Shown here: in pieces, positions 1 to 14,959 of the stretch
How the letters are laid out: every line of letters begins with the position of its first letter
How positions within the stretch are numbered: position 1 is the first letter of the stretch
NCBI RefSeq assembly: GCF_000150275.1
Contig: NW_002060976.1
Location: forward strand, 378,854 to 442,853
Length of the DNA stretch: 64,000 nt
Direction of reading: 5' to 3'
DNA from: Trichoplax adhaerens
Taxonomy: Eukaryota > Animalia > Placozoa
Position numbers and translations under genes: made by a program
The notes under the pieces: generated by a model
The model's database searches: none
Told to the model about the DNA's origin: nothing
What the model saw: the letters and a program-made list of their open reading frames with translations, nothing else

Positions 1-276
1 ATTCATCACCTGAGTAGTGTTAACAAAAGTACTTTGAAATAGTCCGCAAAGGCAACTTAGTCTTGCTCTCCTATATTGCAGTTAGTTACGTATGTACAGA
101 CAGATTCTCGAATCTAGTGGATATTATACTCCGTTACTCATATTTAACCATCTTTAATCTACTACTTCACATACCAGTTACATAATATAGTAAGGATAGA
201 ATACTACAACCATGAATTGGAGAAATCGCCCTATCCTAAGTTAGATTTCATTATCGGTTGAATACCTTGAACTTAG

Positions 277-1338
277 CTAAATTTTGTTTTCTGATAAAGA
301 TAAATTGATCATATCGGGCTGATCGCTTTTCCGTTTGATATATGAACAGGTAAAAATAGATCGCAACGATTGCTTACACTCTGGAAAAAAGTGAGCATAG
401 ATAACGGGATTTGCGATGCATTTACTAACAGTAATAAGCTGACAAATCAAGTAGGTAATCTGGTAACGGCGATAATAGCCTAAGCGATATCGAAGGTATC
501 CAAAATTATAGACAAAATAGAAAATGTATTCCGGAGTCCAAAAGAGTAGCAATGTAATCATTAGAATTAATGTCATTTTTGCCCATTTTTTGTGTATCGT
601 TATATCACCATAGGTAACTGTTATTGCAGAATTTGTAGCTGTATCGTCAATCTTGATATTTCTTTTAATTTGATAATAAAGTATTACTACGATGATCAAA
701 GGGATAACATAAAGTGTTACGTAGAGAGAGATACAATAAATATGGTATGGATCTTGAAAATTACTATAATGGCGACCGATATAGACGAAGCAAACACGAA
801 CAGCATCATCATAATACGCTACTGGCCCGATAAATAAGCCATAGGCATATGTATAAGCTGTGAAAAGGAGGTCGGGAAAAGTGGCAGCTAGTGCTGTAAA
901 AAAGATGGCTGCTAAAATAATTCTTTTACATGTTGTAGAAGGACTTGGATTAGCTGATTTGACAATAACTCGATATTGATGGATAGCCATAGCAACAACA
1001 GTTAGAGATGGACCGGCATTGCATAGGACAGGTAAGAGATTGAAAAAATAGCAAAGAAACGATCCAAACGGCCACGGAATCGATTTTCGGACTAATGCTA
1101 ACGGCCAGTAGAGTACAAGTAATACGATATCATAAATGACCAAACTAGTAACCAAGTAAAAAAAGAGATCTCGGACGTTATGTAATCCTTTCTTGATTAA
1201 CGAAACTAAGATAGTGATATTTGTTATAATACCCAAAGATAAAATGATTGCTGATGGAATATAAGCCACAAGCTGCATGGCTAAAGGTGAAATATCTTTA
1301 AAATCATCTGTAATGGGATTTCGCTCGCTGTTGTTCAT
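277..1338 (-). CDS. Class A (rhodopsin-like) GPCR, single exon, paralog 1 (~353 aa)
   Basis: Seven hydrophobic segments, ECL1 WPFGSFLC, TM3 end AMAIHQY (DRY position), TM6 FWTP, TM7 NPVIY. The ORF track starts at TTG 1380; the first ATG is at 1338 (MNNSERNP). Confidence 0.9.
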   Translation of the reverse strand: MNNSERNPITDDFKDISPLAMQLVAYIPSAIILSLGIITNITILVSLIKKGLHNVRDLFFYLVTSLVIYDIVLLVLYWPLALVRKSIPWPFGSFLCYFFNLLPVLCNAGPSLTVVAMAIHQYRVIVKSANPSPSTTCKRIILAAIFFTALAATFPDLLFTAYTYAYGLFIGPVAYYDDAVRVCFVYIGRHYSNFQDPYHIYCISLYVTLYVIPLIIVVILYYQIKRNIKIDDTATNSAITVTYGDITIHKKWAKMTLILMITLLLFWTPEYIFYFVYNFGYLRYRLGYYRRYQITYLICQLITVSKCIANPVIYAHFFPECKQSLRSIFTCSYIKRKSDQPDMINLSLSENKI

Positions 1339-2228
1339 ATTTTGATTAGTCTTTGCAATATCCAAACGTGGAAATATCAATTATGCAATAACTTATTTAA
1401 AACACCAATCAAATATGCTAATGGCAGGATGAAGGACGTAAGAAACAATTATTTTACGAGTGTGAGTAAGTAACTTGGATATTTGTTAAGCTTTCCTCAG
1501 ATATTTTCGTATGTTCGCAGTCCAGCAAAAGCAAATTCAATTTTCTGTCCCTTAGAGAAGATAAAATTCTACTTTCAAGAATATCAACATCGTAGTTGTA
1601 ACGATTGCATCAAGAGGTGTTTTAAACCCAGATAAGAGTTAATTAAATATTAGCCCTAATCTAGACAACCAATTTTATATTGATGATTTCCAACAAAGAA
1701 TACGATTTAGGCCTCGGATAAATATTGTAGATCATCGTACCTTAATTATACCTGAAACGAAATAAAAGCAATGCGGAAGTAATAAAGGATTCGACGCCAA
1801 GAAATTAGCATGACAATCTTTTTCAGCGACAACAAAGGCTCGGATTTTTTCAGGATTTATGTCAATAAATAGTACTTATTACCATTAAGTTCTTTGCATA
1901 TGAGAAAAAATCAGCTAGATATAAATTAGAAGGCAATTTACAAAATTATTTTTACAAAGATACCGGTTTAATTTGGTAGTTTAGCGACTTAGTCCTTAAC
2001 GTTGTATTGCAGAATCTTGAATTTTAAGAAAACACGATCATCACAATATTTTATAATTGTTTGGATTCTCACACGGCTAGAGATTTTTTCCTTACAAGAA
2101 TAAGCAGGATCGTTTATATAGAATCTGTTAAACAAAATAGGTCATACTAGCATGAGGGATAAGACTTAGTGCTTAATAGTCTAATAATTCGTGATCGTAA
2201 CCAACGAAAAAATCGAACCAAATTAACC

Positions 2229-2530
2229 AAATTCGGCCTAAAAAACTTATGAGATCCTAATCGTATTTCGATATTTTAGCGATAGTAGTAAAAGTATGTT
2301 ATACATATGAAGATGTCCCCATAATTATCTATTACTTTTTGTAGCAGCACTACAGAAAACTCGGATTTAAATAGCTAAACTATTTTTCAAAATTCGGTCT
2401 AAAAATTGTGGAATCCTACATTTCCATCTTTTATCGATATTGTTACAAGTCCATAAGCACAGGAAGATATAGTGAGAATCCGCTATTTTTTATAACAATA
2501 CTACAGAAAACGTGGATTTAGATAGCTAAA
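2229..2530. repeat. Diverged direct duplication, ~160-bp period, 2 copies
   Basis: aaattcgg(c/t)ctaaaaa... and ...ctacagaaaac..ggattta.atagctaaa each occur twice about 160 bp apart. Confidence 0.55.
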
Positions 2531-4525
2531 TTATCTATAGAATAAAAGCAATGCTTACCGAAAGTTATTGCACAACCCGTAATTTCTTTAATTATTCTCT
2601 GACTTTAGCTTACTCTAGTTTTCATAACAGTTCACCATTTCTCAAACAGAAAATAGACTATTCTTAAAGGATCCATTCAGCGATAATTACTCTTTATTGT
2701 GAATGAAGTTCGTAATTCGCCAACACAAAACTTGAGTTATTACGATAGTGCAAATCACTATGGCGATACATCATAACCTACACCTTAATTACCTTTGAAA
2801 ACACTCGAACAGCAGTTCTATACAACTTTTCTAAAACACAATCAAATACTCCTCTACAATATTCTATTCAGCAGTTTGAAATCAGGGTAGGAAACTACTC
2901 ACAAATACAATTTTATATTGTCACCAGCTACTGACTTTTCCGTACTTAGTATAAACAGAACAGGTGCACCATTTAATTACGCCAGCCATAGTCTACAAAT
3001 TAATTTATCAAGCACAAACGACTATTCTTTCTCATATAGAGCTTTACTTATATTACTGTCATGCACTTTAAAAAAATATTATTTTACGAATTTAGTTAAA
3101 ATTACTACTCTCTTTGAGATAGATTCAATCTCTGCCGGATATTTTAATATTTCTGAAGCTTTTAGTTTGTATATGTTGCCGTATTACTTTTAAGAACATC
3201 TATATAAATCAGTCAATTAATTTCTGCCTCATTAAGGAATGGACATAAGTTAAAAGAAGTAAATGGATACTGAGTTTGTAAATGTTATAATAAATGTAAT
3301 AAGATATCTATACAGGAAGGTAAGCTTGATATGATCACTAGAGTATAATACTTAAAAATAACAATATTAGCTTCTCAAATGAATGATTCACGGGAATGGA
3401 GTTACATAGGTGACATTTGGAGGCCATTTTATTAATTTTTGGCACTATTTATGTACAAAAATATCATTATATTAATTACTGATTAACATATCACAACTTT
3501 ATCTTATGTTCTTTTAAGACTTTTTTCTTTTAATCTATTTTATATTCATAGAAAGAGAAAATTTGAGACATAAGACTACTAAATTCGTCTTGAAGATGTA
3601 ATTTGGATTTAATTTTTATTTCTAATTTCAGTTTTTTTTCGAACAATCCAGTTTCTGCTTTTAAGATACTCGAACTAGAGCTCTAACTCTACCACAATAA
3701 ATGCTAGCAATACGATATTATACTCATCAAGATGGTCTTAGTCCTAATATATTTTCATGATCGTAAAATTTCACAAATAAATAAACTTAACAATATAATA
3801 ACTAGATGCTTATTTTGGTCTAGTTTTCAGCATATTCCATCGTTATACCATATCGTATTTTTCTAATTTTTCAAATAAATATAATCGATGCGACTAGCAT
3901 CAATAACGTTGTTGTTAATTAAACGTTCTAAACCTAACAATAAATCATAATTGCTCTCGTTCACCTCAATTTCTATTGAATTTTGCATTATGCCATTTAG
4001 CATGTTCTAGCCTATCCGTAAAATCGAACTATTTTCAGAAGCAATTACATAATTTCTAGTCCGAGTAGAACACCTTAAAGCTAACTACACAATAAAATTG
4101 CGATAATATTAGCTTTATTACCTACTATTTTAATATCCTACACTTCTATTTTACTAATCTACTGAGTGAAAAATACCAATCGTTCCTAAGAACATCCAGC
4201 CATAAATGTGTTATTTCCAGCTCTAATGAAATATTTTAAAGTTAGCAATACCATACTATGGTGATTATGATGTTAGCCTTGACTGCAGAGTACCATCTGA
4301 TCATTTTTAGTAATAAATGCGTTAACACGCCTATCATAGGTAAGCTAAAATAGATTGGAATTTTGATATACAGGCACTAAAGCACTAAAATAGCTTACTA
4401 AAGGAATATGTAAGCTGATATACTCGATTGTTGCTAAGGAGAACTAGTCAAAGTTAATGACAAGTACTTACCACTGATCCTATTAGGGTCAATATGCGGT
4501 ATTGACATCTTCAGTCCCTTCCTAT

Positions 4526-5596
4526 CTACTCCTTATTATCTTTTTCAACAGCAGATAATAAAGGAGCAACTTCATTTGGTCGCAATGGCTGAACTACCAA
4601 ATCTGATGAGGGCGATCCAAAACATTGCTTTAACAAATAAATTAATGGATGCTTAATGTAGGGGCAAAAATATGCATAAATGACAGGATTAATAGCACAC
4701 TTGCTAATGCCCATTAACTTTGAAATTAGTCGAAGGAGATAGAATACATAGTGCTGATTAACAGTCATTCCTGCGCCATAGACATCTCTAAAATTACAAA
4801 TAAATAATGGAGTCCATACGATTACATGCGTTATCATCAAGACTAAAACCATTTGAATCATTTTCTTGTGTGAATCTATCATTTCTTTCTCATCCACTGA
4901 TTCTGGCTGAGAGAAATGATGCTTGGTTTTTGCGAATATTATGATCACTATAATCAATGGCAGTATGTAAAGTAAGACATATCCACAGGTATAATAGATT
5001 TGCTCCGAACGCCTTAATATAATAGTGTTATTATGGAACTGAAACTGTGGTAAAGCTAAATGACAGCTTAAACCGAGTATTGCAGTACTCGTGGATCCAC
5101 TATACAGTGAAAATGGAACATAATTAAAATCTACATCTGTAAATATAATCGATGGTAATGAGAAAGCCAAAGCAATTATGGCTATAATGATGACGGTTGC
5201 CAATTTCCATTCACTTTTAACATTAGAAATGGTAACTTTTACTGCGATTTGATAACGATCAATAGCCATGGCAACAATGGTTAATGCTGAAGCTGCATTA
5301 AAATAAACCGTAAAGCCATTGCAGATATGACACAAGATTTCGCCGAAATACCAATGGTTGAAGATTTGATTGAGCTCATAGGGCCAATATAGTAAGAGAG
5401 TTAAGATGTCATAGAGTGCTAAACTAGCAAGTAAGCAGTGAAATTTATCCAAGGTTTTATATTTTCTGTTCCTGAATATAATAATCAGGACATATATATT
5501 GGCAATCCACCCTGAGGATAGAATGATAACCGAAGATATGGCTGCGGTTAATTGCATCGCTAAAAGCGATATTATAGATTGCCCCAATGAAGGCAT
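4526..5596 (-). CDS. Class A GPCR, single exon, paralog 2 (356 aa)
   Basis: WYFGEILC, AMAIDRY, VWTP, NPVIY. The N-terminal AMQLTA motif is shared with the other three paralogs. Confidence 0.92.
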   Translation of the reverse strand: MPSLGQSIISLLAMQLTAAISSVIILSSGWIANIYVLIIIFRNRKYKTLDKFHCLLASLALYDILTLLLYWPYELNQIFNHWYFGEILCHICNGFTVYFNAASALTIVAMAIDRYQIAVKVTISNVKSEWKLATVIIIAIIALAFSLPSIIFTDVDFNYVPFSLYSGSTSTAILGLSCHLALPQFQFHNNTIILRRSEQIYYTCGYVLLYILPLIIVIIIFAKTKHHFSQPESVDEKEMIDSHKKMIQMVLVLMITHVIVWTPLFICNFRDVYGAGMTVNQHYVFYLLRLISKLMGISKCAINPVIYAYFCPYIKHPLIYLLKQCFGSPSSDLVVQPLRPNEVAPLLSAVEKDNKE

Positions 5597-8500
5597 GATG
5601 GCAACATAGGCTAAAAATAGGTCCTACTTCTGCTACTAAACTGAATAAAGTGAAGGTATGTGCGCAGTTTATATAGTAATGGTTGCAAACCTTTGAACTG
5701 TATTTTAGAACCAGTTCGCTATATTGTATCTTGTTCACACAAGCAAACTACCAGTACTAACGTATTTTCAATCTTTTATATATGTAGTATCCTGGTTCTG
5801 CTACATCAGAATTATCTAAAATTGGAATATCAACGATTATTTCTCATCTGAATTTATATTCTGGCTGACTCAGAACAATGAAGTATTTACATGCAGCACA
5901 ATACTTTACGGTATTCAAAGGAACATCTTTTTAAGTCTAAGACATTAAAAATTAATAGTGGTGCGGTAAAATAAGAAATAATATAATTGATAATTAGTCA
6001 TGAACACTAAATAATTAATTTCAAACTAGGTAAACATGAAACCGATTGGCAATTGGTTAGTATTGACGAATACATAAGAACAATATTCGTATGTAATATA
6101 CACTGGCCTGAATGCTTTTAGTTTCATAACAACGAATCGTTTCTGTTGAAATTCTAGCAAATAAAAAGTAAGAAATTTTTAAATTAAAGTATTACAAATA
6201 CATTTTGCAATTGCATAAAATTGATTAAAACAAATCAATTAATTTCCAAACCTATCGTGTAAGGTATTAATAATTAAGCATATTTTCAAACTGAAATATA
6301 GATCACTGCAATAGGAAAAATCCTAAGCCTGATCCATTTATACTGAGAAATATTTATTTAAACAGAAAAAGTAAAAAAATCTCGCATTGAAATAGTAGAA
6401 AGTATTAGATTTATTTGTCACTTTAATAACCAACACTTGATTAACAAATACCCATAAAAGTTGGTTTATTGTATTGATAAAAATAGAGGCTTAGACGATA
6501 CAAATTGAATAATCTTAATTTTTGATATATTTTTAATTCATGGTTTTACCCTCCAGATTACATATCGTATCAAAAGGAAATTATCAATTAGAATATTAAA
6601 TAATTGTACTAGTGTTTCTATGGAATCAATATCGTATTGTTCTCTAGCATGCTGGCACGTAGCATGAGGTATTTAAAAATTTTCTCTATCTTTAGTTAAT
6701 TCACTCTATTTTTACGATGTTGTGTAGCTCTTTGCAAACTCATCATAAGGTATTTTAGTCATCATTCGATTAAAAAGATTGCAGAATTAATAATATCTCA
6801 GATTCAGTAAACTCATAATAGCTAACTGTCATTAGCTGCATAAAGCCATCAATATAACAAAGTGTAAGCTATTAGTTAAATAAATTTTTCTTTTTTTCGT
6901 ATCTTATTCTCACTCAATTAATGCTATATATTTAAATACTACGATTTGCTATTCATTATTTAATGTTGTCCTATAGAGTTATATTGCATACTATAAATGG
7001 TATAATACGATAAGTAGTGTAGGCCAGTAAATGCAGGAAGTTGATCAATTAATATTGTAGTTATATATGCCATCACCTGTTCTGTTAAGATGCTGCTGCT
7101 CACATACATACGTGTGAACACATGATGGTTCCTCTTGAACTGTTTAAATAATATCATCTAATTTCCGTAGCTTGAATACGTGTGTCAAATCAGAAGCAAA
7201 ACGGAAGCAGATAAGATATACAAGCGGCCAATTTTCTCGAGTATTTATTGCATATAACATTAGATTTAGCGTTCATAGCACGATTAGGACATTACAGCAG
7301 CTTATATTATAAACTCTGCTTGTATGCCGCTTTCAATATCATATCCAGGGCTGAACAAAAACTCTCAAAAGTTAATCATTGAGCTGAAAAGATACCTATT
7401 TATTTATTACAGCAGACATCATTAGTAATGGATGATTAATTCAGTAAAGCGTTTAATTACAAGTAAATCACAGTTAAAAATGTATAGAAATTTTATCCAA
7501 AGTATCAATGCACAAATGCATATTGTATCTAATTCATTCAGAAGTATAATTGATTATAAAATATTATCCTATTCATAACAAAATTAGAAATCATTAGTCT
7601 TATCTCTAATTTATTACATTTCACATATCATACACTGTAAGTCTACAGCCATAAATGACGATACTACAGTATTCGATTTATATGCAAGGCTAATTAGGAA
7701 AGTATACAATTTACTTGTGTACGTTTATATCATAGACTACACTTCTAATACCCAACTAAAGACTGGTGAAATTGTAATAATATATAAATATGAATTCTAA
7801 ATTTTGGAAATTTGGGTAGGAAATCACAATGATCAGATTTGTATTATGATTACAGTATTAACTGATTGATTCTGCTTTGATAAATTATCATGATGTGACT
7901 CACTAATACGATATTTTGGAATAATACCTGACTTTACCATCCAGTAATTATGGTCTACTGCTTTAATTTTCATAATTTTCATAAGTACACAATATTTTGC
8001 CTTTATATCCGGAACAAAGCTGCATTAGCTGGCATTTTTAAAATGTCAAAAACGTCTATATTTATTCGATAGTTGCATTAGCGGTTCATAAAATGCAAAT
8101 GTTCTAAAAATATTTCTTTATTAATAATATTGATTTTAAATTTTAGGTGTTATTTTCGTCTCCAGATGATGTCACAACTCACAACAATGTAATATTGTTC
8201 AAAGATTCTAAAAACGTGAAAATTTTACGTTCTACCGATCGCATTATTTATAACATATCGTAAGGCTAGTTATAGAAGTAGAAAATTTTCATAAAGCTTG
8301 GAGGCCATGTTGGGAAGAAGTTGTATCGGGATTGTTATGTTTTTATGCAATTAGTTCTCCTCCGTGAGTAAGATTTGTAACTGACTTTATTATTAAAATT
8401 TCTGAGTATTTATAGATATTCCAGCTTACACCTTTTGCCTTTTGCGTCGTTGCCTTTTACACATACATCTAATTACTAACTATTATAGCTACCGTTTACT

Positions 8501-9170
8501 TTACAACATATGCATATCTATAATAAATTATCAGTCCGCCTTGTACAATATAATCATGTACGGTAATACAAGCCTACATACAGGTCATCAGATTATTAGT
8601 GCTTATATAGATGATATTCTAATCATATACTTAACAATCTATGTAATAGCTTACGTAACATATATGGTAATTTCTAACACTATGTAGTAAAGGACTAAAA
8701 TAGAGTCCTTTATAGCTTTTAGTATGTAACTAGTATTATTTTACTATAGAAAATACCTATGAAGTGATAGTGTCTTTAAGTTTTACCCTGCCAAATCATC
8801 ATGTCGCCATCTTTTCTTCTTCATTATTTTACAAGGTATTATAGAGATTACTATAGAAATAGCCCTAGAGCAATTGCCTAATCTAAAGAAAGGGCGTTTG
8901 ATAGTCTATTCAAATTATAAACGAATTTGACTTGGTAACAAAACCCTATCCATAGAGAAAGGGGATTTATAACGTGACAGTAAAGTACTGTAATGTAGTC
9001 TATAATCGTAGAATTACCGTACTGCTTGAAGCTAAAATATCAACTGTCAATACTAAGCGATACTAATGTCAGAAAAGTAGTCGTAATAGTCTTATAAAAT
9101 TTCATGATAAGCGATTACTGTGATCTTTATAAAATCCGGAATTTTGGGATTCGGATTCCAGAACCGGTCG

Positions 9171-9247
9171 AATTTATCTGTTATAATTTATCTGTTTTAA
9201 TTTATCTGTTTTAATTTATCTGTTATAATTTTTCTGTTTTAATTTTT
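9171..9247. repeat. 14-bp tandem repeat (aatttatctgtt[a/t]t), ~5.5 copies
   Basis: Units start at 9171, 9185, 9199, 9213, 9227, with a partial unit at 9241. Confidence 0.9.
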
Positions 9248-12200
9248 GGATTTTAGTTTATGGAAAATATCGTAAGAGTTGATTTTTGAAATTTGAACTT
9301 TTTGTTATGAATTTCAAACTTTGGAATTTTATTACGTGACATTAGGAAAGTTTAGTTAGGAAAATAGAAAATAAGATGGAAATTGGCAGAGGTTGTGTTC
9401 ATTGTTAAGTAGTTGGACTTATTTGTATGACTAAATCTTGATATTTAAAGGTTAATTTTTAGACTTTTATAATGTATTAACGATAGAAATTATGTTAGAA
9501 GTGAAGTTTGATGTATTTTATAGTTAACTTGTTGGTTTTATAGTGTTTTGTAAAGGAATCATAGGGCAAATTGTGTCTGAACTTTGAATGATTTTTGTTT
9601 TCTTAAATGGTGCAATGTAGTTTTGTAAAATGGATCTTAAGAGCGATTGGTTAATAAATGTTTAGTTTTAAATACTTCTGACGGCTCCATGAAGCCTATA
9701 AATGATAGTGTAATTACAAAATTTTAGAGGGAGAGTAGAAGAAGAATTTATTTGAAGAACTTGTAGAATTTAAAAGGCCTTCGGGGTCGAATTGTCGTAA
9801 GTTAAAACGTTCTTCTTTTTGAAAAGTTGTTTGGTTGTTGACAGTTTTTAAGTCTGTCACTTATTTTATTAATACTTAAAGCTAAGTATTTTTAAGGTTG
9901 TTCGGTTTATACTTATCTCTATTCTTTTTTTGTAATAAATTGTTGTTCGATAGTTTCCCCAAATTTTATTTGGTGTCAAATTTTCGTTAAGTCGACCGGA
10001 GTGCAACGAAAGTAGAATCAAAGTTTGTTAAAGTTTTGTAGCTTGATCTCTACACTTTTCATTTCATTACAACTATTTACAACAGGGATCAGATTCTGTA
10101 TCTTTAACTAAATACAGATATTTGACTCCATTGCAGATATTTTCGCCTGATCTCTATTTTAAGCTCAGCAACAATCTCTAGCAACTTTCTTTTACAGTCA
10201 TATACGCCGCTTCCTGATATCAGCGGTTGGCTCGTATAATTAATTGATTAGATATGCAGCTTTTTTAAAATTAACTTAATGATAGAGGATTTTAAATGCT
10301 GAAGTTTATTCCAACTTTACGTATTAAAAGGAAACACTTACAATCGTGAAAGAACTTTAAAACTTAATTTATATTGCAATAGTAGCTACTTTTCCGAAAA
10401 AACTACCGAGAATTTTTTACAGGATCATTTATTTACACAATTGCAAAAAGACCCATTTATCGATAGGAACTTTGAATATTGAGTTAGAATTTTAATCGCA
10501 ATACAAATAAAATCTGTCACTGTTTTAGATCTGTTTGACGAATTTTCAGAAAGTTGCCATTATGCTCTGATAGACTACATTTTTTTACTATAGTTCTAAA
10601 ATAGGAATTCGTACGATAACGACTGAATTTTATTTGAAAAAGAAATAAAGTTAATATTACGATCAGCTATTTAGGAGAAAGTGTTGTGAAGGCACGAAAA
10701 TTAAGAAAAGATTGTGTCATACAGTAGGGATATTATACTATATGCAATTACGTATTAGATTCATAAGCTGAATAATACGAAAGGCTACATAATATGTGAT
10801 ATCAAAATTAAATTCATACTCGAAATAAAGAGATCTAGTCACTATAAAGGGGTATAATTTAGTTAAGTTGATGGAGATGCTAGTAAGGCCTGGCCCAATA
10901 AAATTGCAATAGAAAGGATATAAAAATTGGAAAAAAGAGAAAAACTTTCTCTGTATGATCGAATTACGGGACAGAAATACACATGGAGAATATTGTTCAC
11001 TGTTTATAATTATAATCAATTCATCATGACTACAAAATAAAAGTAAGCGGAATATATGCAAAATTTCAATACAAATCGTAAGAACCTATTATCTAATTAT
11101 ACTACGAATACAGCTCTACATTCCATATCGAGGCTATTTGTTTGTTGAAATATAGTCGTACAGTACAAACTGTGGCCAGTAAATGACATGACAAGATCGA
11201 ATCTCTATAGAAGAGGAAAATTTACCAATACCGTTAGAATTTTATGCTACCATTTATCGGTACCAGACTGCGCTATCAAGATGCTAAGCGACTTAATCTC
11301 TTGCATTACTTGGTTACTGAAAATGTTACACAAGTTACATAATATGTTAAAGTAGCTATAAAATTGCTCTTCAAAAAACTGGAAATTGTCCATAGCAACA
11401 TTAATACAAAAAGATTTATTATAATTTCAAATATGATAATACTTTTATTGTAAATTAGCTGACTATACGCGTTCATAATGAACGGGAGAAACTACTCCTT
11501 TCTGACATATAATTAGTAAATCGACCTCGTGTGAACATCGCTACCCTGTAAATTAACGAAGACATTAATTCGAAATAAAAGGTTAGTATATCTAGCAAAT
11601 TACTCATTTAGAAAATTACGGAGATGCCCTTGTGTCATGTAACCTAGTATTTACCTTAAGAGGTATTTCGGAGCTTATAGCCATATACTGTAGCAGAAGA
11701 TTCTATTCTAGGGTGGAGACAACGATATACAGGACAGTAGGATGTCAAGTTACGGTTACAGTCACGGTCAGAAGTAAAACTAGAGCTATAATTCATATAT
11801 TAGGATATAGTTAGTTCATTGTACCAGGGACTACTAGAGTTGTCCATGATCGTACAGTACTCCAACTAGTAGAAATATCGTCTGCGTAAAATACTGTAGT
11901 CATTTCCATATTGGATTAATGATGGTCCATTATAAAATGTTGTTACTACTAATAATAATAATCTGAATATGTGTAAAGTATGGTTGAATGTTACCATGCT
12001 GATTCTAGCTGCTAATACTACAAAAATTACATAAACTGGCAACTTAGATTATTCTAGCATTTCTTTCTGCAAATCTATGGTAGTCGTATTCGGCTAGAGT
12101 AGGGCTGTGCGATGTGCATATATTATTTTTGTAAAAGATCTTTAATAAAGTTCGAATCTCCTATAAATTTTAGAATTTGGATAAGATCGGTTATATCACA

Positions 12201-12669
12201 CCTTGTATAACTTCAAATTTAATGTCCTACTAATGCAGATTGTACATCGTCCTACGGCTATATCTTACATGAACGAATCCTTCATTTCGATGTCATTACT
12301 ATTAATAGAGCATGAAAATTGCAGCTCTACTTGGTCACTATTTATTAATTATTAGTACATCTATAGTTACATAATTCAATCAACGAAATATTCTTAGCAA
12401 AAGATTTCAAGAAGAATATCCGCTAAAGAATATCACATAAATGCAGATCTAATGTAGCATAACACCATACAAAATAATTTTTTTTATTATTTCATAAACG
12501 TTTTCTATTTGTCAGTTGCAATAGTTTAATTCTAAATGCATGATTATATTTGCAACCGCAGTGTAAAGCTAATCTTTTATATCAGATAATGTACTACCGA
12601 TTATTCTGATGCCAAAAGTACTTTTCGTTGGACGATGTAATTCATAATATGAACACAACTATCTTCAAT

Positions 12670-13225
12670 ATATAATTGCACTGAAACTATCATCAGTAAA
12701 CGTAATATTTCTGTATATCCTTACAGCTGTGTGTGGAAACTTCAAAGTGGATTAATCTATTCTTGATTACATTTTGTTGACATTGTATATTTTGCATGCA
12801 ACCCATTTATAGCTAAAAGACTAGAAAGAGAGATATTATTCGATCAGCATTCAACGACTAACAAATATCACAATAACGTTTCAAACTAAAATAGAAATTA
12901 TCTTATTCATTACCACTCATAAAGCAATTATTTTGAACTGCATATTATGTTCTATATGCGCATATAATCTCTATGCAACTATTACTAGTAAACGTAATTT
13001 TTCTGTATGAACGTAGCATTAAGTACAGGAATCTAGAAGTACATTAATCTATTCTTAATCACAATATCTTGACAAGGTATTTTTGCATAGCACATATCAG
13101 CTGCCATCATTCGATTGCAGTTAAAAGACCAGAAAGCGAGACATAAGTTTAGCACCCTACAGTTAGCATAAATATCCAAATATAGTTCCATACGAAAATA
13201 GAAATCTTATTTGCTGTCACTCATA
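12670..13225. repeat. Diverged tandem duplication, ~295-bp period, 2 copies
   Basis: agtaaacgtaat.tttctgtat, attaatctattctt.at.ac, aaaagac.agaaag.gaga.a and aaaatagaaat each recur about 295-305 bp apart. Confidence 0.6.
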
Positions 13226-14959
13226 GAGTGCTAATTTATCTTAAAGGGTAGAATTTATTACACCTGCATTGTAATAAGGAATAAGATAAATTCTGTGAGT
13301 TAATAAAGTTTCAGGTTTGGCAACACTTGATATGTTAGTGCGAGATCATTAGAGAGAAAATAAATGCGGTATAATAAGTCATCTGATTGATTTCCATACA
13401 AGATATTTGTAGTGTATTTAGAATATCCTGTAACTATAGTCTACTCTTAAATATAGACATGTTGTATTGCTCTTATATTTAGACATATCTACAGTCCGCT
13501 TACTTCACATTCATATATAGGCTACTGTATTTAGTTATTATAGCACTCGCTGTTTGCTACGATCATCAGTTATGTTGTAACCTGTTATAGTATATGTTGT
13601 ATCTAATTCTACAATCCTATTCTCTGCATGTGCTCTATCTTTAAACTATAAATACCGCCGTTTTCCACTTCAGAAATTGTTCTTTTCTTGGTTATTCTTC
13701 ACACGTTACTCACGACAGCTTGCACGCTGGTCTACCGTAACTACCTCACTGTACTTACTTTACTACTTAAAATAAAGTATAACTTTTATACAACTTTTGG
13801 TGTACTAATTGTAAATGGCAACTAAATCTCAATCCTCCGATATATCGAACCCTCCATCACTATATTAAAAGTCTTTTCATACGTGGCAATTGTTGACATA
13901 CAGTATGAGTTAAAGGAGAGTTCTCGTATTAATTTCAGTATATATTATCGTACTTCTGTTTAGAAATTGCTCAAGATTGCAACATCAGAAGGCATAGCTT
14001 ATCTATAGTTTTTATTATCTCCTGGTATGCTGATAAAACAGATCCAAATGAGTTCATAATAAATAACTTTTGTAAAAATGTCCGTCCATCAGATAATTGT
14101 TAATTTGGTCCAAATACAGGTAGTACAAATATTCATACACACAGGAGAATAGCGAGATGCGAACAATAACTTTATGAAATTAGTTTCACAAAGGGCTAAC
14201 AGTGGCGGGCTCTTAGTTTAGTTTCCAAATGCTGGCTGTGTTATTTCATATTCTAAAAAACAAATTCTGGAACGCAATAAGGTTTCTTCGTATTTTCAAA
14301 TTGGCATCACTATGTGTCACACACCACTAGTGACAAAGTAGTCTACACACGCCAATCCTTGCGTAGAATGCCACTTACTAACTTAAAGAGGCGAGATTAG
14401 CTATATCACCAAATAATTCAGTTCCAACAACCGAATACTATGGTATAATTATAGCGTCACAGATGATGTAGACGAGATAGTCAGAGATTTACTATCATTT
14501 ATTACTGAAGGAATCTTGGCACCCAAGATTATAGTCTTTACAATTAAATATCAATTGAAAAACTAGTTGACTATCTAACCGACTAACGAACTAAAAAGGC
14601 ATCTTCATTAAACAAATTATATGAAGAAATGACAATTAATAAAACGTCAATCCACACAAGCAATATTTAATATTACTCAATAATTAGGACGAGCTTACGC
14701 ATCGTAACACTATGATACAATGCTTCGTAATGTAGAATGATAAATAGGAAATGCTGATATTGAATAACAGAGAAAAGGCGATAGAGTATCAGACAGCAAA
14801 AGAAACAAGAAATTAATACGTAAACAAAATACATGGGCGAGTATGTCCATTCTCGTCATAGTTTTCCGTTCTTATAAACTATTAACGTAAGTAAATTCAT
14901 ACTAACAATCTTCTTTAATCTACTATACAGGAAAGTTTTTAAGAGTTTGTTACAACAAA

